DNA of 63,369 nucleotides, the filler included, from Reticulomyxa filosa (Eukaryota > Protista > Foraminifera): the NCBI GenBank assembly GCA_000512085.1. It is 18 parts of 18 records of this genome, joined end to end, with 100 filler letters (N's around TTAATTAATTAA, not from the genome) between each part and the next. Parts side by side here need not be neighbours in the genome. Positions count along the whole stretch, not along the records: positions 20,584 to 31,080 come from ASPP01003628.1; positions 31,181 to 34,668 come from ASPP01005208.1; positions 34,769 to 35,908 come from ASPP01015184.1; positions 36,009 to 37,408 come from ASPP01033071.1; 14 more parts are not named here. The stretch is one strand, 5' to 3'. Below, in pieces: positions 24,456-36,111 of this stretch (position 1 is the first letter of the stretch; every line of letters starts with the position of its first letter). Made by a program: the position numbers and the translations under genes. The notes beneath the pieces are model-generated. The model was given only the letters and a program-made list of their open reading frames with translations, was not told the origin of the DNA and ran no database searches.

Positions 24456-26100
24456 ATGATGAATATGGATTTAAATGTATCGCATGACAACAGCAGAAAC
24501 CAAATGGAAAGCAAAAACAATCAAATAACACTATCTCCATATGTGATTGCTCGTAGGAAAAAGAGAAAATTATCTGATACTGTGGAAGAAGCATCTGGTT
24601 CTGATGTGCAAACACAAATGCACAAGAAGGTGCGAATTTCAAATCAGATTTTTTCGGGTAGCAGATCACGTGAAAGTGAAGATGAAAATGAAAATAAAAA
24701 TGAAAATGAAAAATCAAATGTAAATTTTGAAGATAAAAAGAAAAATGAAGAAATAAATTTGATAAATATAGAAAAGATGGATAGAAAAGAGAAACGGAAT
24801 ATTATTGTACAAATTTCCCAACATTGGTGATTACACCAGTAAATGGAAGAATATTATTGACTGGACCGGATCTTCTTAAATTCATTGGAGGAAATAAAAG
24901 TCAACTTTCCAAAATAATAAAATCACAAACATTTTCTATGAATTGGAGCACTGTATTCGTTCATTTTTCAGCTGAAATGAAAAAACAAGATTTGGAAGAA
25001 ATTATGAATCATTTCAACAAAAATATTCCAAAAGGTGATGATGAGATTGTCACAAAATGCACAATCTATCAGAAGAATTATGTGGAACAAGTGAAACATA
25101 AACGACAACAAGATGTTACAAATACAAATACCAATCGAAGAGTATTGATGAAAAATGTAGACGTAAATGAAACAACAACAAACATTCAGCAACTGCTTAA
25201 CAATTATGGTTACAATGTCGAAAGATTGGAACGTTTCAAAGGATTACCTGTAGTGAAATTAACAATGGGTAATAGTGAAGATGTGAATAAAATTCTTAAA
25301 GATGAAAATTTGTTCATTTGTTACAGAAAGACAAAGTGTGAATTATTTGATCCTTTCCGCAGTCGACCTCGTAGACATTTTAAACAATGTAAAAAATGTT
25401 ATCGCATCAATCATAACGCAGAAGAATGCATGAAAAAGAAAGAAACATGCAAATATTGTGGATTTAGCAATCATGATTCAAAGAATTGCAAACATAAAAA
25501 CAATCCAAGGAAATACTGTTACATATTATGTAAAGGACAACATGCAAGTGATTCCATAATTGTGAAGTGATTCGCACAACTCGTGAAAAACTTGGGATCA
25601 AAGTTACGCGTAAAGAAACAACAATATTTGAAAGAAATAAAAGCAAAATGCAAAACAATAAAATTGAAATCAAGATAGCACATTCCAACAACAATTACAA
25701 TAATAAAAATGAGAAAGTAATTCTCTCTAGAGATAAACAACATAAAGATACAGAAGTAAAATCATGGAATGATAGAGTTGCTGTACAAATGGAACAACCA
25801 AAAGATACACAAAACAATTTACAACAAACAAAAAACTTCCAGAAAAATCGTAGAAGTAGACAACGTTCTAATAAACAAAAACAAAATGAAAGTCAAAATG
25901 AGATTCAATATATCAAATCTGAATTGGCAGAATTACGATCGATGTTCAATGAATTCATGAAAGTATTCATTAACAACCAATCACAATCACAATCACAATC
26001 AAGATCACAATCTACTGTGGCAAATGTAAATGCAAATGCCATGTCCAACTCACAACAAATAGATGTAGTTAAAATGATTAATAATCTATTAATATTTTAG
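24456..26100 (+). pseudogene. LINE ORF1 (gag-like, zinc knuckles), frameshifted
   Basis: Split across ORFs 24456, 24824 and 25567. CKKCYRINHNAEEC, CKYCGFSNHDSKNC and (Y)ILCKGQHASDSII(C); Q/N-rich coiled-coil tail. Confidence 0.85.
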
Positions 26101-29100
26101 AACAACATCAACGGATTTTACTCCAAACAACACAAACTCGAACAAAATTTCAAGTACAAACAACATCATATTTGTTTGTTTCAAGAAGAATTTCGTTTTA
26201 ATAAGAAGGACATCGATTATCAGTTTCAATACCTTTACACCCATCATTGGAGTGAAACAGTGAGAACAGGAATCTTATGTAGAATAGACCTTCATTCTAT
26301 TCAACGAACATTTTCAAATACTCCAAATCAATTTGAAGAACTTGGTTTCGAATCTTGTTGGGTAGAAATATCATGTCCAGGACAAAAGAAACCAATCATT
26401 TTTTGTAGTTTCTATAGAAATATTCAAAGACATTCGGTTATGAGATGTTGTATTGGAATTCATTTTATCCAACAATTTGCATATTCTCAATTCACTTCCA
26501 TTTGATATTACATTTTTAAGAAATGGTAGTTCTTCAAGTATCGACATTACACTATGTTTGAATTCACTTCTACAATTATGTAGTAATTGGAGAACCGATG
26601 ATTACGAATTAGATGTTCTCCCAATAACATTCAATATTCAAGCACCTTGGTCGCAATCGAAGATTGAAAGACAGAAAATAGAGACATGGAATTTGTCAAG
26701 TAACAATTGTGAAATATTTCGAAGCCATTTGGAAACAAATCTCAAAATTTGGAAAGAAAACACACAACCAATCAATCCAAATGATCTAAAGACTCTAGAT
26801 GACACCGTAGAATCTTGGACAAAGTGCATTGTTGAGACTGGAAAATCTACTCTTGGAATGCGCACAGTTTGGAAAGGAAGCAAGTCATGGTGGAGTAACA
26901 AATTACACCAACAAAGAATTAAAATTAAAAAGAAAATTTCGCAAACATCGAACATCAATCAATTTTGCAAATTACAAACAGGCATCATGTCAGCTTCGTC
27001 GAAACTTGAGACAAGAAAAACATGAACACATGGTGAAAAGTATTAATTCAATGCACGAAGGAAATACGAAAATGATATTCTCCAAATTTCGTTCTCTTAA
27101 TTCCAACAAAATTTCAATTATTCCAGTATTGATAGATGAACAAACGAATAAAATTGCACATGCTGATATTGACAAAGTGAAATTGCTGGTTGATTCTTTT
27201 TCTCAACCTCCCCAACCACCAAATAATGCAATAAATTATACTGGATATTATCAATCTATTGAAAATGAAATTGCATCTGTATTTGCAATATTCAGAGATG
27301 AAGAAATGAAAAATAGAAGTGTGAATTTATGTGATAAACACCAATCAGAAATCACAGAAAGTGAAGTGATTGAAGCACTCAGACATATTTCATGTTATAA
27401 AGCACAAGGTCCAGATAATATTCATAACTTAATGCTAAAAAATGGTGGTGACTCAATACTTCAATCACTTGTATTCCTGCTTGGATGGAGTTTTCGAATG
27501 GGATACATGCCAAAATCATGGAAAATGGCAAATATTGTTCCAATTCCAAAACCAGATCGTGATCACAGTTTGACCAAAAATTACAGACCAATTGCCTTAC
27601 TTTCTAGAGTTGGAAAATTGATGGAGCGAATTATTCTACGAAGATTAATGTATTATTTGCACCAAAATAATCTATTAACCCCCAATCAAGCAGGTTTCCA
27701 GTCGAGGCAAAACACAGATGAATTCCTTCTCAGAATTACAGAAACAATTCACAAGTCATTCGACAAGAATGGTGTCACTTATGCAGTTTTATTGGATATC
27801 TCAGCTGCATATGATAGTGTTTGGAGAAATGGACTCAGATCAAAATTAAGTGAAGAATTTTATTTAAAAGGTAGATTATATTGGTGGATTGATAGTTTTC
27901 TTTCTGACAGAGTCGGAAGAGTGGTTATCAATGGTGCACATTCAGAATGGAAGAAATTCCACACTGGTGTTCCACAAGGATTAGCTTTATATCCACTATT
28001 ATTTCTTTTATATATTAATGACATTGCCACAACAGTTCCTGATCAAATTCAATGTGGAATATTTGCAGATGATGTTGCAATATGGAGTTCAATATTCACA
28101 AGCGATACCAATGAAATGCAAAATCAAATGAACAAAATGCAACGTTGTTTGGATAATATTTGTGAATGGGCAAATACATGGAAAATGGTTCTTGCTCCAG
28201 AAAAAACACAATGCATTACCTTCAGAAAAAAGAACAAGAAAAAGTATCCACCACTCCAACTTAATCTACAAGGCACACCAATTACTGAAACGGATAATGT
28301 TAGATATTTGGGACTTATCATGGATTCTCAATTAAATTATAATCGACATTTGAACTATGTATATGGAAAGGCATCACGCAACGTAGGATATCTGACATTC
28401 CTTTGTTCATACAAAGGAATTAGACCATCATTATCGGTGTATACATTACTCTTCAAAACGATTATTCGTCATTCTCTTGAATACGCATGTGCATTCTGGA
28501 ATGGTGCTGCAGAAATTCATAAAAAGAAGTTAGAGCTAATTCAAAGAATATCAATGTGTAGAATATTAGGTGTAATTCATGCAACTGCCTAAGATACAGT
28601 TAATGTCATTACACAAATTCCACTACTTGAATTAAGACGACAACAAGAAGAAGTTAAATTATACCAACGTTGCATTAAATGGTCTGGTAAATTTCACAAT
28701 CACAATCTAGTTCAAGCCTATCGAATGTGGGAAAAACACAAAATGACAACAAGTTCCAATTACATCTCATGGACAGGCAAACTATCGACATTATCTCGAG
28801 GCTGTATCCACGCAACTGAATTCAATGTTCCTGAAGTAAAACCTGATTTACAAATACATTACGCTACACCACCAATGCAATTATTAACTTTGCCGCATTC
28901 GGATAAATCACCATTGTAAAAACAAGAGAACCAACAACTGATCAAATATTGTTATCTCTAACCAATGATTGTGTTGTAATTTATTGTGATGGAAGTGCAT
29001 TTCCTAATCCTGGTTTTGGAGGTGCAGGATTAGTCGTCCAAGATCCATCACAACCACAATGGAAAGAACTTGAATTTCCGATAAATGGAATAACCGCAAA

Positions 29101-29917
29101 TTATAAATGCGAAATTGAAGCAATGAAGCAAGCACTTATTTATATACATACCAATTACACTCAAGCCGAAAATCGTGTTATTATTCTATGTGATTGCAAA
29201 TTTGTCATTAATACACTAATGAATAAATGGAATCCTGAAGACTATAAATATGAAATTGAAGAATGCCAACGAATACTCAAGACATTCAACAACAAAAATG
29301 TTACTGAAATTTATTGGATCAAAGGTCATTCTGAAATACCAGGAAATCACATAGCAGATATTGTTGCAAAAAGAGCAAGAATAAATGCAGAATTGAAACA
29401 ACCAGAATTGCATCAAGATATTGGGAAAACAACTTTTATAAATTGCCATGGATTAAACACTTCATTTATGACAGAGTGGAATCGTCATTGGATAAATGAA
29501 GGTAATGAAACCGCTATTCACAGAATTCCAAAAACATTTCTACCTGATCTCAAAGAAGCTCAAGCATTTGAAAGAACAGTTCTCCATCGACTTTCAGTAT
29601 CAGAACGGAGAGTTATTTGCAGAATGATCACTGGAAAAGTTGGATTAAATAAATATTTATACAAAATTCAAAAGATCGAAACACCATTTTGTGAATGGTG
29701 CGAAAACGAACCAGAAACCATTGAACATTTCTTGAAGAATTGTCCCAATTACACACAATTGCGTGAGAGATGGTGGACAAATGTCCAGAGATTGATACCA
29801 GATCATGCAGTTTCGTCCCTGAGTCTAAAAGACTTAGTGATTGGAAATAGAAGTTGGAAACCAGAAACTAGAGTGGCAGTGGTCAAAGAAAACAGCATCA
29901 TTTATTATCAAAACTAA
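26085..29917 (+). pseudogene. LINE ORF2: APE endonuclease, reverse transcriptase, RNase H and C-terminal CCHC; disrupted
   Basis: APE: NNING, LFQE, SFYR, SSIDITL. RT: KAQGPD, NYRPIALL, QAGF, LDISAAYD, GVPQG, FADD, YLG. RNase H: YCDGS, E, CDC, YWIKGH..PGNHIAD. C-terminal CEWC...ETIEHFLKNCP. In-frame stops at 28590 and 28917, frameshifts, and no APE GDxN segment. Confidence 0.92.
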
Positions 29918-30117
29918 TATAAAATTTGAAATAAACCTTTTTTAATTCAAAATAAAATCAATCTAAACCCTTTTATTTTTGGATATTAAATACTAAATAC
30001 AGTGTGGTTTTTGTCGTTTCCTTGTTTGTTTTTTCGTTTTGTGAGTGCTAATGTTCTATTTTTGGACGAGGTACTTTTGTTTCAACTTGGAGACACGTGG
30101 TTAAAAAAAAAAAAAAA

Positions 30118-30128
30118 AACTTTATTCT
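30118..30128 (+). repeat. Right target-site duplication (AACTTTATTCT)
   Basis: Identical to 24064-24074; its first two A's overlap the poly-A tail. Confidence 0.75.
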
Positions 30129-30489
30129 TAAAACTTATACTTTTTCATTTCCACCAAAATTTTTCTTCTTTTCTTGTCTTTTGCTGTGAGGACTATTGTC
30201 TTATTTAATTTGTCCTGCTGAAAATTTATTGTCATAATAAAATTCTTTCGTATTACACTTCAGTCGCAACCACTCTTTTTCGCACTGTTTAACCAGTGAA
30301 GTGTTTTTGCATTAGTTGGAACAAGAAACAAGCCATAGATGAAAATTGCAGATCAATTGACATAACATGTGATCACAAATAAGTGACAGTGTACTTTTTG
30401 GGTAGTTTCATGAGACAACAAAAGAATTTCAAAGGATCAAACTATTTTTTTTTAAGACCGTTTTGAGCTAGAAGATCTCTAAGAAAAAA

Positions 30490-30906
30490 ATGACCGATAC
30501 AACTCCGAACCTTCAGATTGCTTACGGTAAATACTGTTCTGACTGGTGCAATTTTTTGTGTTTTAGCGTCAAAATTTCCAAAGAAACCACTATATTCGAA
30601 CAAAACCACTAACAGGATCAGAGATAACGACTAAGGATCTCTTTGAGAAATGGAAAAAAGGCAAGCTAAACTTGTCCTACACCCCAGGGATGCAAACAGA
30701 CCGAGTGACCGAATGTATCAAAGGTGCAGTGCCTTATGGACGTAACACCCCTCAACAGTTAATTGGATTCGCACACAAATACTATCGTAAATGATCACAC
30801 AAAAAATTGTAAAAAAAATAAATTTGGACAGAGTGGCGTATGGACTGTACGCAGAACAGTTGTCAGGCACATCATTTACGACCCCACGAGTACGAAACAT
30901 GAGAAC
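30490..30906 (+). CDS. Probable spliced gene fragment of unknown function
   Basis: GT-AG introns at about 30527-30566 and 30788-30830. Open exon RQNFQRNHYIRTKPL...GFAHKYY. Phases do not join cleanly. Confidence 0.35.
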
Positions 30907-32272
30907 GTTAAGTTGATTTATTTTTCAATGTTTTAGGACCAAACAAATAAAGGGGAGGAGAAATGTATATACGATATGAACGCGCTATGTACTTATATAC
31001 ATGTATAAGCAAATGAATAAAAAATTTATGTCACACATATAAAAATAAATGTTTTATGTAATGTGCCCGTGTTGTGATGANNNNNNNNNNNNNNNNNNNN
31101 NNNNNNNNNNNNNNNNNNNNNNNNTTAATTAATTAANNNNNNNNNNNNNNNNNNNNNNNNNNNNNNNNNNNNNNNNNNNNTAAGATTAACGATCACACCG
31201 ACAATCTCTTCAATGATGACGCACGTGGATTAAGTCCTTTCGACACTGCAACCACCATGTGAATATCTATCCGGCCAAATTCCACGCAAGCTCATGCAAT
31301 TGATGCCACTAATGTAGTGATTGATCCTTCGAAACCTATTCTCAAAGATTCGCATGTGCAGTAGACGTCATGACAGCATTTCAAAAATAATAAAAAACTG
31401 CTACATTAACAGTATCATTGTTTTAATTAAATTTTTTTGTTGAGATTATACAATGTTTTTTTTTCCAATAAACATTTTTTGCTTCTTTTTTTTTTGGTCT
31501 TTTTTGAGTTCGTTTTCAAATATTTTTCTTTATTATTTAAGTTTCAATCTATCAGTTTTTGAGTTGATGAACAAGTTTTGACAATGTTTAATGCTCATAC
31601 AGAAGTTAAACTCTCAGTTCTTCACTTCCAGTCCTCCACATATTCCTGCAAAAAAGAAAACTGATAATGATGTATTGTACATCATATAGCTGACTCTTTC
31701 ACCGGAGTTGTAGCAAATAATTGTATGATTATTAAAGAATAATATTTATGTAAATGTCTATCAACTGATAGTAAAACATATTCTAAATGAATCAATTCAT
31801 TTATAAATATATTGCACTAGAAATACATTTTTTAAAATAACATAAACTTCGAAAATTAAAATTGTTTTTGTATGAACAAAGAATATGTGACAACAAAAAT
31901 TGATATATTTTTTTTAATAAAATATATTATTCTATTTCTTTAAGTTTTTACTTATATAAAATTATTCTTAAAACAAAAAAGACTTTCTCTTTTGATCGAA
32001 AATCGTACACAAGCAGTTTAATTTTTTAAATCCAGCCATTTTGCAGAGGACTTGTAAGTGTAATACAGAAGAAAGAAGTGATAGAAGCGAAAATAAAAAA
32101 GAAATCGATTTACCATGAAAAAGAAGGAACCACTTTATATAACATAAGACAGAGTGGAAAAAAATGTTTGTTACTACTAAAGTTGCCCCCGCAACTTTCG
32201 TTTTTTGTAATGTAAACAAAAAAAGAAAAAGGGGTTAAATTTGGCGGAAGGGGAGTAAGTAAGATATGGAAA

Positions 32273-34560
32273 TTAGTGTGTAATGGAGAAAGTTTGCAAG
32301 TGTTTAATGAATCGAAAGAAATGATCGCGATGAATATAACGTCCATATTTGAAAGGAACGTTTGAGTTGTTCAAGTCTTTGATATTTTCATATGCGCTGA
32401 CCAAATCAGTGGCGAAGCGTTTGATGTCATCTTTGAGATGACGAATGTCTTCGCCATATCCCAAGCCGAAACGGCAATAATGTCGAATGGTCTGACACAA
32501 GATAGGTTTCAAGTACTTTTGTTGGAATCCTTGATACGAAGGACGAGACGATGTCGAAAGACTAGAGAGATCGGTGGTGGTATCGTCGCGATGATATTTA
32601 ACCTTGAAGCTGTGATTGTTCTGGATGTCGCAAGTGTCAAAGCACGTACGAATGGGCGAGACAGGTGCGCTGGCGGTACGACTGGCCAGTCGATGGCCAT
32701 ATATATCCACCTCGACAAATTCGATTTGCAATTGAGTCAGTGTTTTTATTACCACTTTGCCCCAAATCACATCTTTGCACGACAGCACAAAGTGTCCAAA
32801 ATCTTTGATATTTAAATCCAAACGGCATAAGGAGTCGTCCATTTCATCATCCATTTCCATGTCTTCAATCTATAATTGCATATATATATAAATATATATA
32901 TATATGTATATATGTGTATATGTATATATTTATATATGTATATGTACATATATAAATATAGACATATATAAACGAAACATCTCGCAGCCACAACCCGAGT
33001 TTGCAAAAGTCTTGAAAAGTGAAGCGTAAGGAAGATGTATTGAAGCGATGATCTTGAGAGTGTATGTGATGGGCTTCGTAAAAGTAGGGAGTGACGTGAA
33101 AGATGATCTGTTCGACGGCACGCTCGACGTCGACCGCGACCATGTCTGCGGCGTCGACACTGTGTTCCGACTCCATGTAGCTGTACAGACAGCGCTCGAT
33201 CAACGCCTTCACCTGATGCAGCGTTAGTGCATTCGATTGTTTGACGTCGACGAGGTTCCATTGCTTCCTGGCTTCGCCGCACTGATTGGACACGTCCGTG
33301 AACCAGCGCTCTTGCAGCCATTGCCCTAACTCCACCAAGTCGATTACATTCGATTGTACTTTTTTATTCAATTCAATACTCCCTATACTTTTTATATACA
33401 TGTATATATATATATATGTACATATATGTATATATATAAAAAGAATGGTCTATTTCAATAATATTGCTATATCATATCACAGACAAACAAAAAAACGAAA
33501 CGTGATACAGCGATGAAGCAGAATGGTGGTGTGGACGTCGTTGTGACAAGACTCGGACGCAGACGCATTAGCGGCGGTCATGGACGCAGACAAGAAGCTC
33601 GCGTTTGCGAAAAGGGACGCTTTGCAAAGCGTCGAATCGGTACACGCGATCGGTTTGTGAGGTTGGTTCGACGTGTCGTGGCCCGATGTGTTTAGTGTTG
33701 GCGTATCTATCGCCATCGTCACTGTCGTTGTCGTCACGGCCGTCATGGCCATCACTGTCTTTTTGTCTTCGTCTTCTTCTTCTTCTCCTTCTTTTTTCTT
33801 CTCCAAGTTTCGCAAGCCAATGGTCTGGAGACATGGTAGTACCCGTGTTTGATCCAACAGCTTGGACTTGACTTGCATGAACATCTTTTGGCCCCTGGAG
33901 TGATGTTCATTCTGCTTGCTATTGTTGTTAAAAAAAAAATTGTTATTGTTGTTATTGTTGTTATCGTTGTTATTGTTGTTATTGTTGTTATTGTTGTTAT
34001 TGTTGTTGTTGAGCTTCTGCTTCGTTGTCACCGCCAAAGCAATGCTCGAGTTGTCGCTCTCGCTTGTCATTGTCACACTGTCTTCATTCAAGCTTGCCAA
34101 GACCGGTCGTTCTCCATCCTGTTTGTCGTTGTGTTTACTATCACTGTTATCAATGTTGTTGTTGTTGTTATTATTATCTTTGCTATTGTCCTCGCCGTCT
34201 GCATGATGCGACACGAGCAAAGCGTTATTGTACAAGCCGTCGATCGCACGCACCTCCAGGTCGACCCTCTCAAACACGCTGTCTTCATCGCAGTGGTGAA
34301 GAAACGGAAGTATACTGACCGAAAGGGTTTCCGTTGGCATCGCATATGTCCGCAGTACTGAGGTCGATTCTCCACCGGGGCCAAAGGCCAAGGTGGAGCC
34401 AGATCCAGATCCAGAGCCAGAGCCAGAGGAGCGCGGCATCGAGAGTGCAGACGATGAAGAGTCCACCTTCGACTCGTTCGATTTGTCATCCACACATTGA
34501 GAAGAGGAGGGAGGCAGTGTCTGAGCCATATCGAAAAGGGGGGTTTCGTCATCATCCACG
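32273..34560 (-). CDS. Large spliced hypothetical protein with poly-Asn, poly-Glu and SG low-complexity regions
   Basis: GC-rich exons (about 34560-33500, 33390-32975, 32870-32340) separated by (AT)n introns. No confident domain. Confidence 0.65.
33941..34009 (-). repeat. (AAC/AAT)n trinucleotide repeat encoding poly-Asn
   Basis: ttgttattgttg... on + strand; NNNN run in ORF 33477-34559. Confidence 0.9.
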
Positions 34561-34841
34561 TGGGGGTCTGTTTACATTCAAACATTTGTTTGCGAGTACT
34601 ACTATACACATACATACATACATACATATGTATATAAGTATATAGGTGTGTATATACCACCACCACCCNNNNNNNNNNNNNNNNNNNNNNNNNNNNNNNN
34701 NNNNNNNNNNNNTTAATTAATTAANNNNNNNNNNNNNNNNNNNNNNNNNNNNNNNNNNNNNNNNNNNNGGCCATTCTAATTCCTTTCTTCTCCTTAACTT
34801 GACGCGTATGGTGCAAATAACCGTCTATGATTATTCTACTT

Positions 34842-35908
34842 GGCTTTGTTGCATGAATCAAGGTACAGACGTAGAACTGCCTTTCGTCAGAAAGTAGGCG
34901 AATTTTTTAGAGCAAGGCATACCGAGTCCTACCATTTTATTTAGAATATTTACTGCAATTTTACTTTCTGTTTTTTGACTTGAGAATGATCTCGACCTTA
35001 ATTTATTCCCTATAATTGTTTTGTACCTATACATTCCGTTTTCCGCTCTTGCACGTCTGCCGTAATCAGCATGCTTTTGCCATCGCTGCCTGCTTTTTTC
35101 AAAAACTCTAATGTTATCGACCCTTAACTTAGAATCCGTAGGCATTTCTGGCCTAAACCCGAGATTCGGAGGTATAGCGGCCTTTATTTCAAGACCATTG
35201 CCATACTTCTCTTGGTGCGCAATCATCGCATCATATACAGATGGTTGGTCATACGCGCCATCTCCTAACACTGTATCTATCGGACTACTAATTTGGTTGA
35301 GTAGGTTAGGTGCCGTTGCAGAGTCGCTTATATCGTGAAATGTCAATTCCGATCCCAATATTATGCCATGGTCATCTACCGCAATATACAGCTTTCTCCA
35401 GGATTTTCTGGTCTTAGTGAGTTTATATTTTTCTTTTTGCCACTCTTGCTCTCCATATATTTTCAAGCCGGTACTATCAATAAAAACTACTATCCCTTCA
35501 TCTCTACGTATCGCTGGCGCAGTAACGTTTATACTTTTGGATCTTCTTGAAATAGTAGTGAAATCTGGAACTTCTAACTCCAGCCCTAATAACTTAACAA
35601 TAGATTCTACCAATCTTTCTGTTTGACGAAGTCTCTGCCTAAATACAAAGCTCAAGGTTATGCATGTTTCGATAGAAAAATCGGAGTATAAGAGCTGCCC
35701 GCCACGCTTCCTTATTTTAAAAAAATCTACTTTCCATTTACTTATCACGTCGCTGGAAACCCAGATTGTTAGGCTGCCTCGATTTTTCAAACCTTCGTCA
35801 TATAGCCTTGAATTGCTTGGCTTATATAATGGCTTTTTGAATTTATCACGATAAGGCTCTTTAAGCTTGTATGGCATGATGTTCCACATTAATGATTGCT
35901 CTCAAAAA
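34842..35908 (-). mobile_element. Bacterial IS5-family, IS903-group insertion sequence (left end truncated)
   Basis: Intronless transposase. Terminal sequence GGCTTTGTTGCATGAATC at 34842-34859 matches the IS903 inverted repeat GGCTTTGTTGAATAAATC at 16 of 18 positions. Confidence 0.9.
34858..35877 (-). CDS. IS5/IS903-type DDE transposase
   Basis: MPYK...LKNRGSLTIW, RGGQLLYSD.SIE, LRQTE, VPDFTTISRR, IDSTGLK.YGE.EW, SWRKL, GDGAYD, YGRRARAE..MYRYK. Confidence 0.93.
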   Translation of the reverse strand: MPYKLKEPYRDKFKKPLYKPSNSRLYDEGLKNRGSLTIWVSSDVISKWKVDFFKIRKRGGQLLYSDFSIETCITLSFVFRQRLRQTERLVESIVKLLGLELEVPDFTTISRRSKSINVTAPAIRRDEGIVVFIDSTGLKIYGEQEWQKEKYKLTKTRKSWRKLYIAVDDHGIILGSELTFHDISDSATAPNLLNQISSPIDTVLGDGAYDQPSVYDAMIAHQEKYGNGLEIKAAIPPNLGFRPEMPTDSKLRVDNIRVFEKSRQRWQKHADYGRRARAENGMYRYKTIIGNKLRSRSFSSQKTESKIAVNILNKMVGLGMPCSKKFAYFLTKGSSTSVP

Positions 35909-36037
35909 NNNNNNNNNNNNNNNNNNNNNNNNNNNNNNNNNNNNNNNNNNNNTTAATTAATTAANNNNNNNNNNNNNNNNNNNNNNNNNNNNNNNNNNNN
36001 NNNNNNNNGTTGGTAACCCACACGACATGGAATTTTC

Positions 36038-36111
36038 AGTCATGCACCCCTTTCTCCGTTATGCCCCTTTCTCAGTCATGCGCCCCTTTCTCGGTCATGT
36101 GCCCCTTTCTC
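36038..36111 (+). repeat. Minisatellite, 4 copies of about 17-20 bp (gtcatgcgcccctttctc)
   Basis: agtcatgcacccctttctc / cgttatgcccctttctc / agtcatgcgcccctttctc / ggtcatgtgcccctttctc. Confidence 0.8.

Larger units (their letters stand above)
24075..30119 (+). mobile_element. Full-length non-LTR (LINE) retrotransposon of about 6.0 kb with RNase H (I/ingi/Tad-like architecture), damaged
   Basis: ORF1 with three CCHC knuckles, followed by ORF2 APE-RT-RNaseH-CCHC. 3' poly-A at 30103-30119. Direct repeat AACTTTATTCT at 24064-24074 and 30118-30128. Confidence 0.92.

Noticed and set aside
28590-28592. In-frame stops (here, 26098 and 63061) as evidence of an alternative genetic code or readthrough
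   Set aside because: Conserved genes in the window end normally in TAA, TAG or TGA and lack internal stops. The stops occur in sequences with other lesions.
33849-34361. Poly-Val/Ile, poly-Leu and poly-Cys ORFs on the + strand
   Set aside because: Antisense shadows of the poly-Asn repeat in the minus-strand gene.
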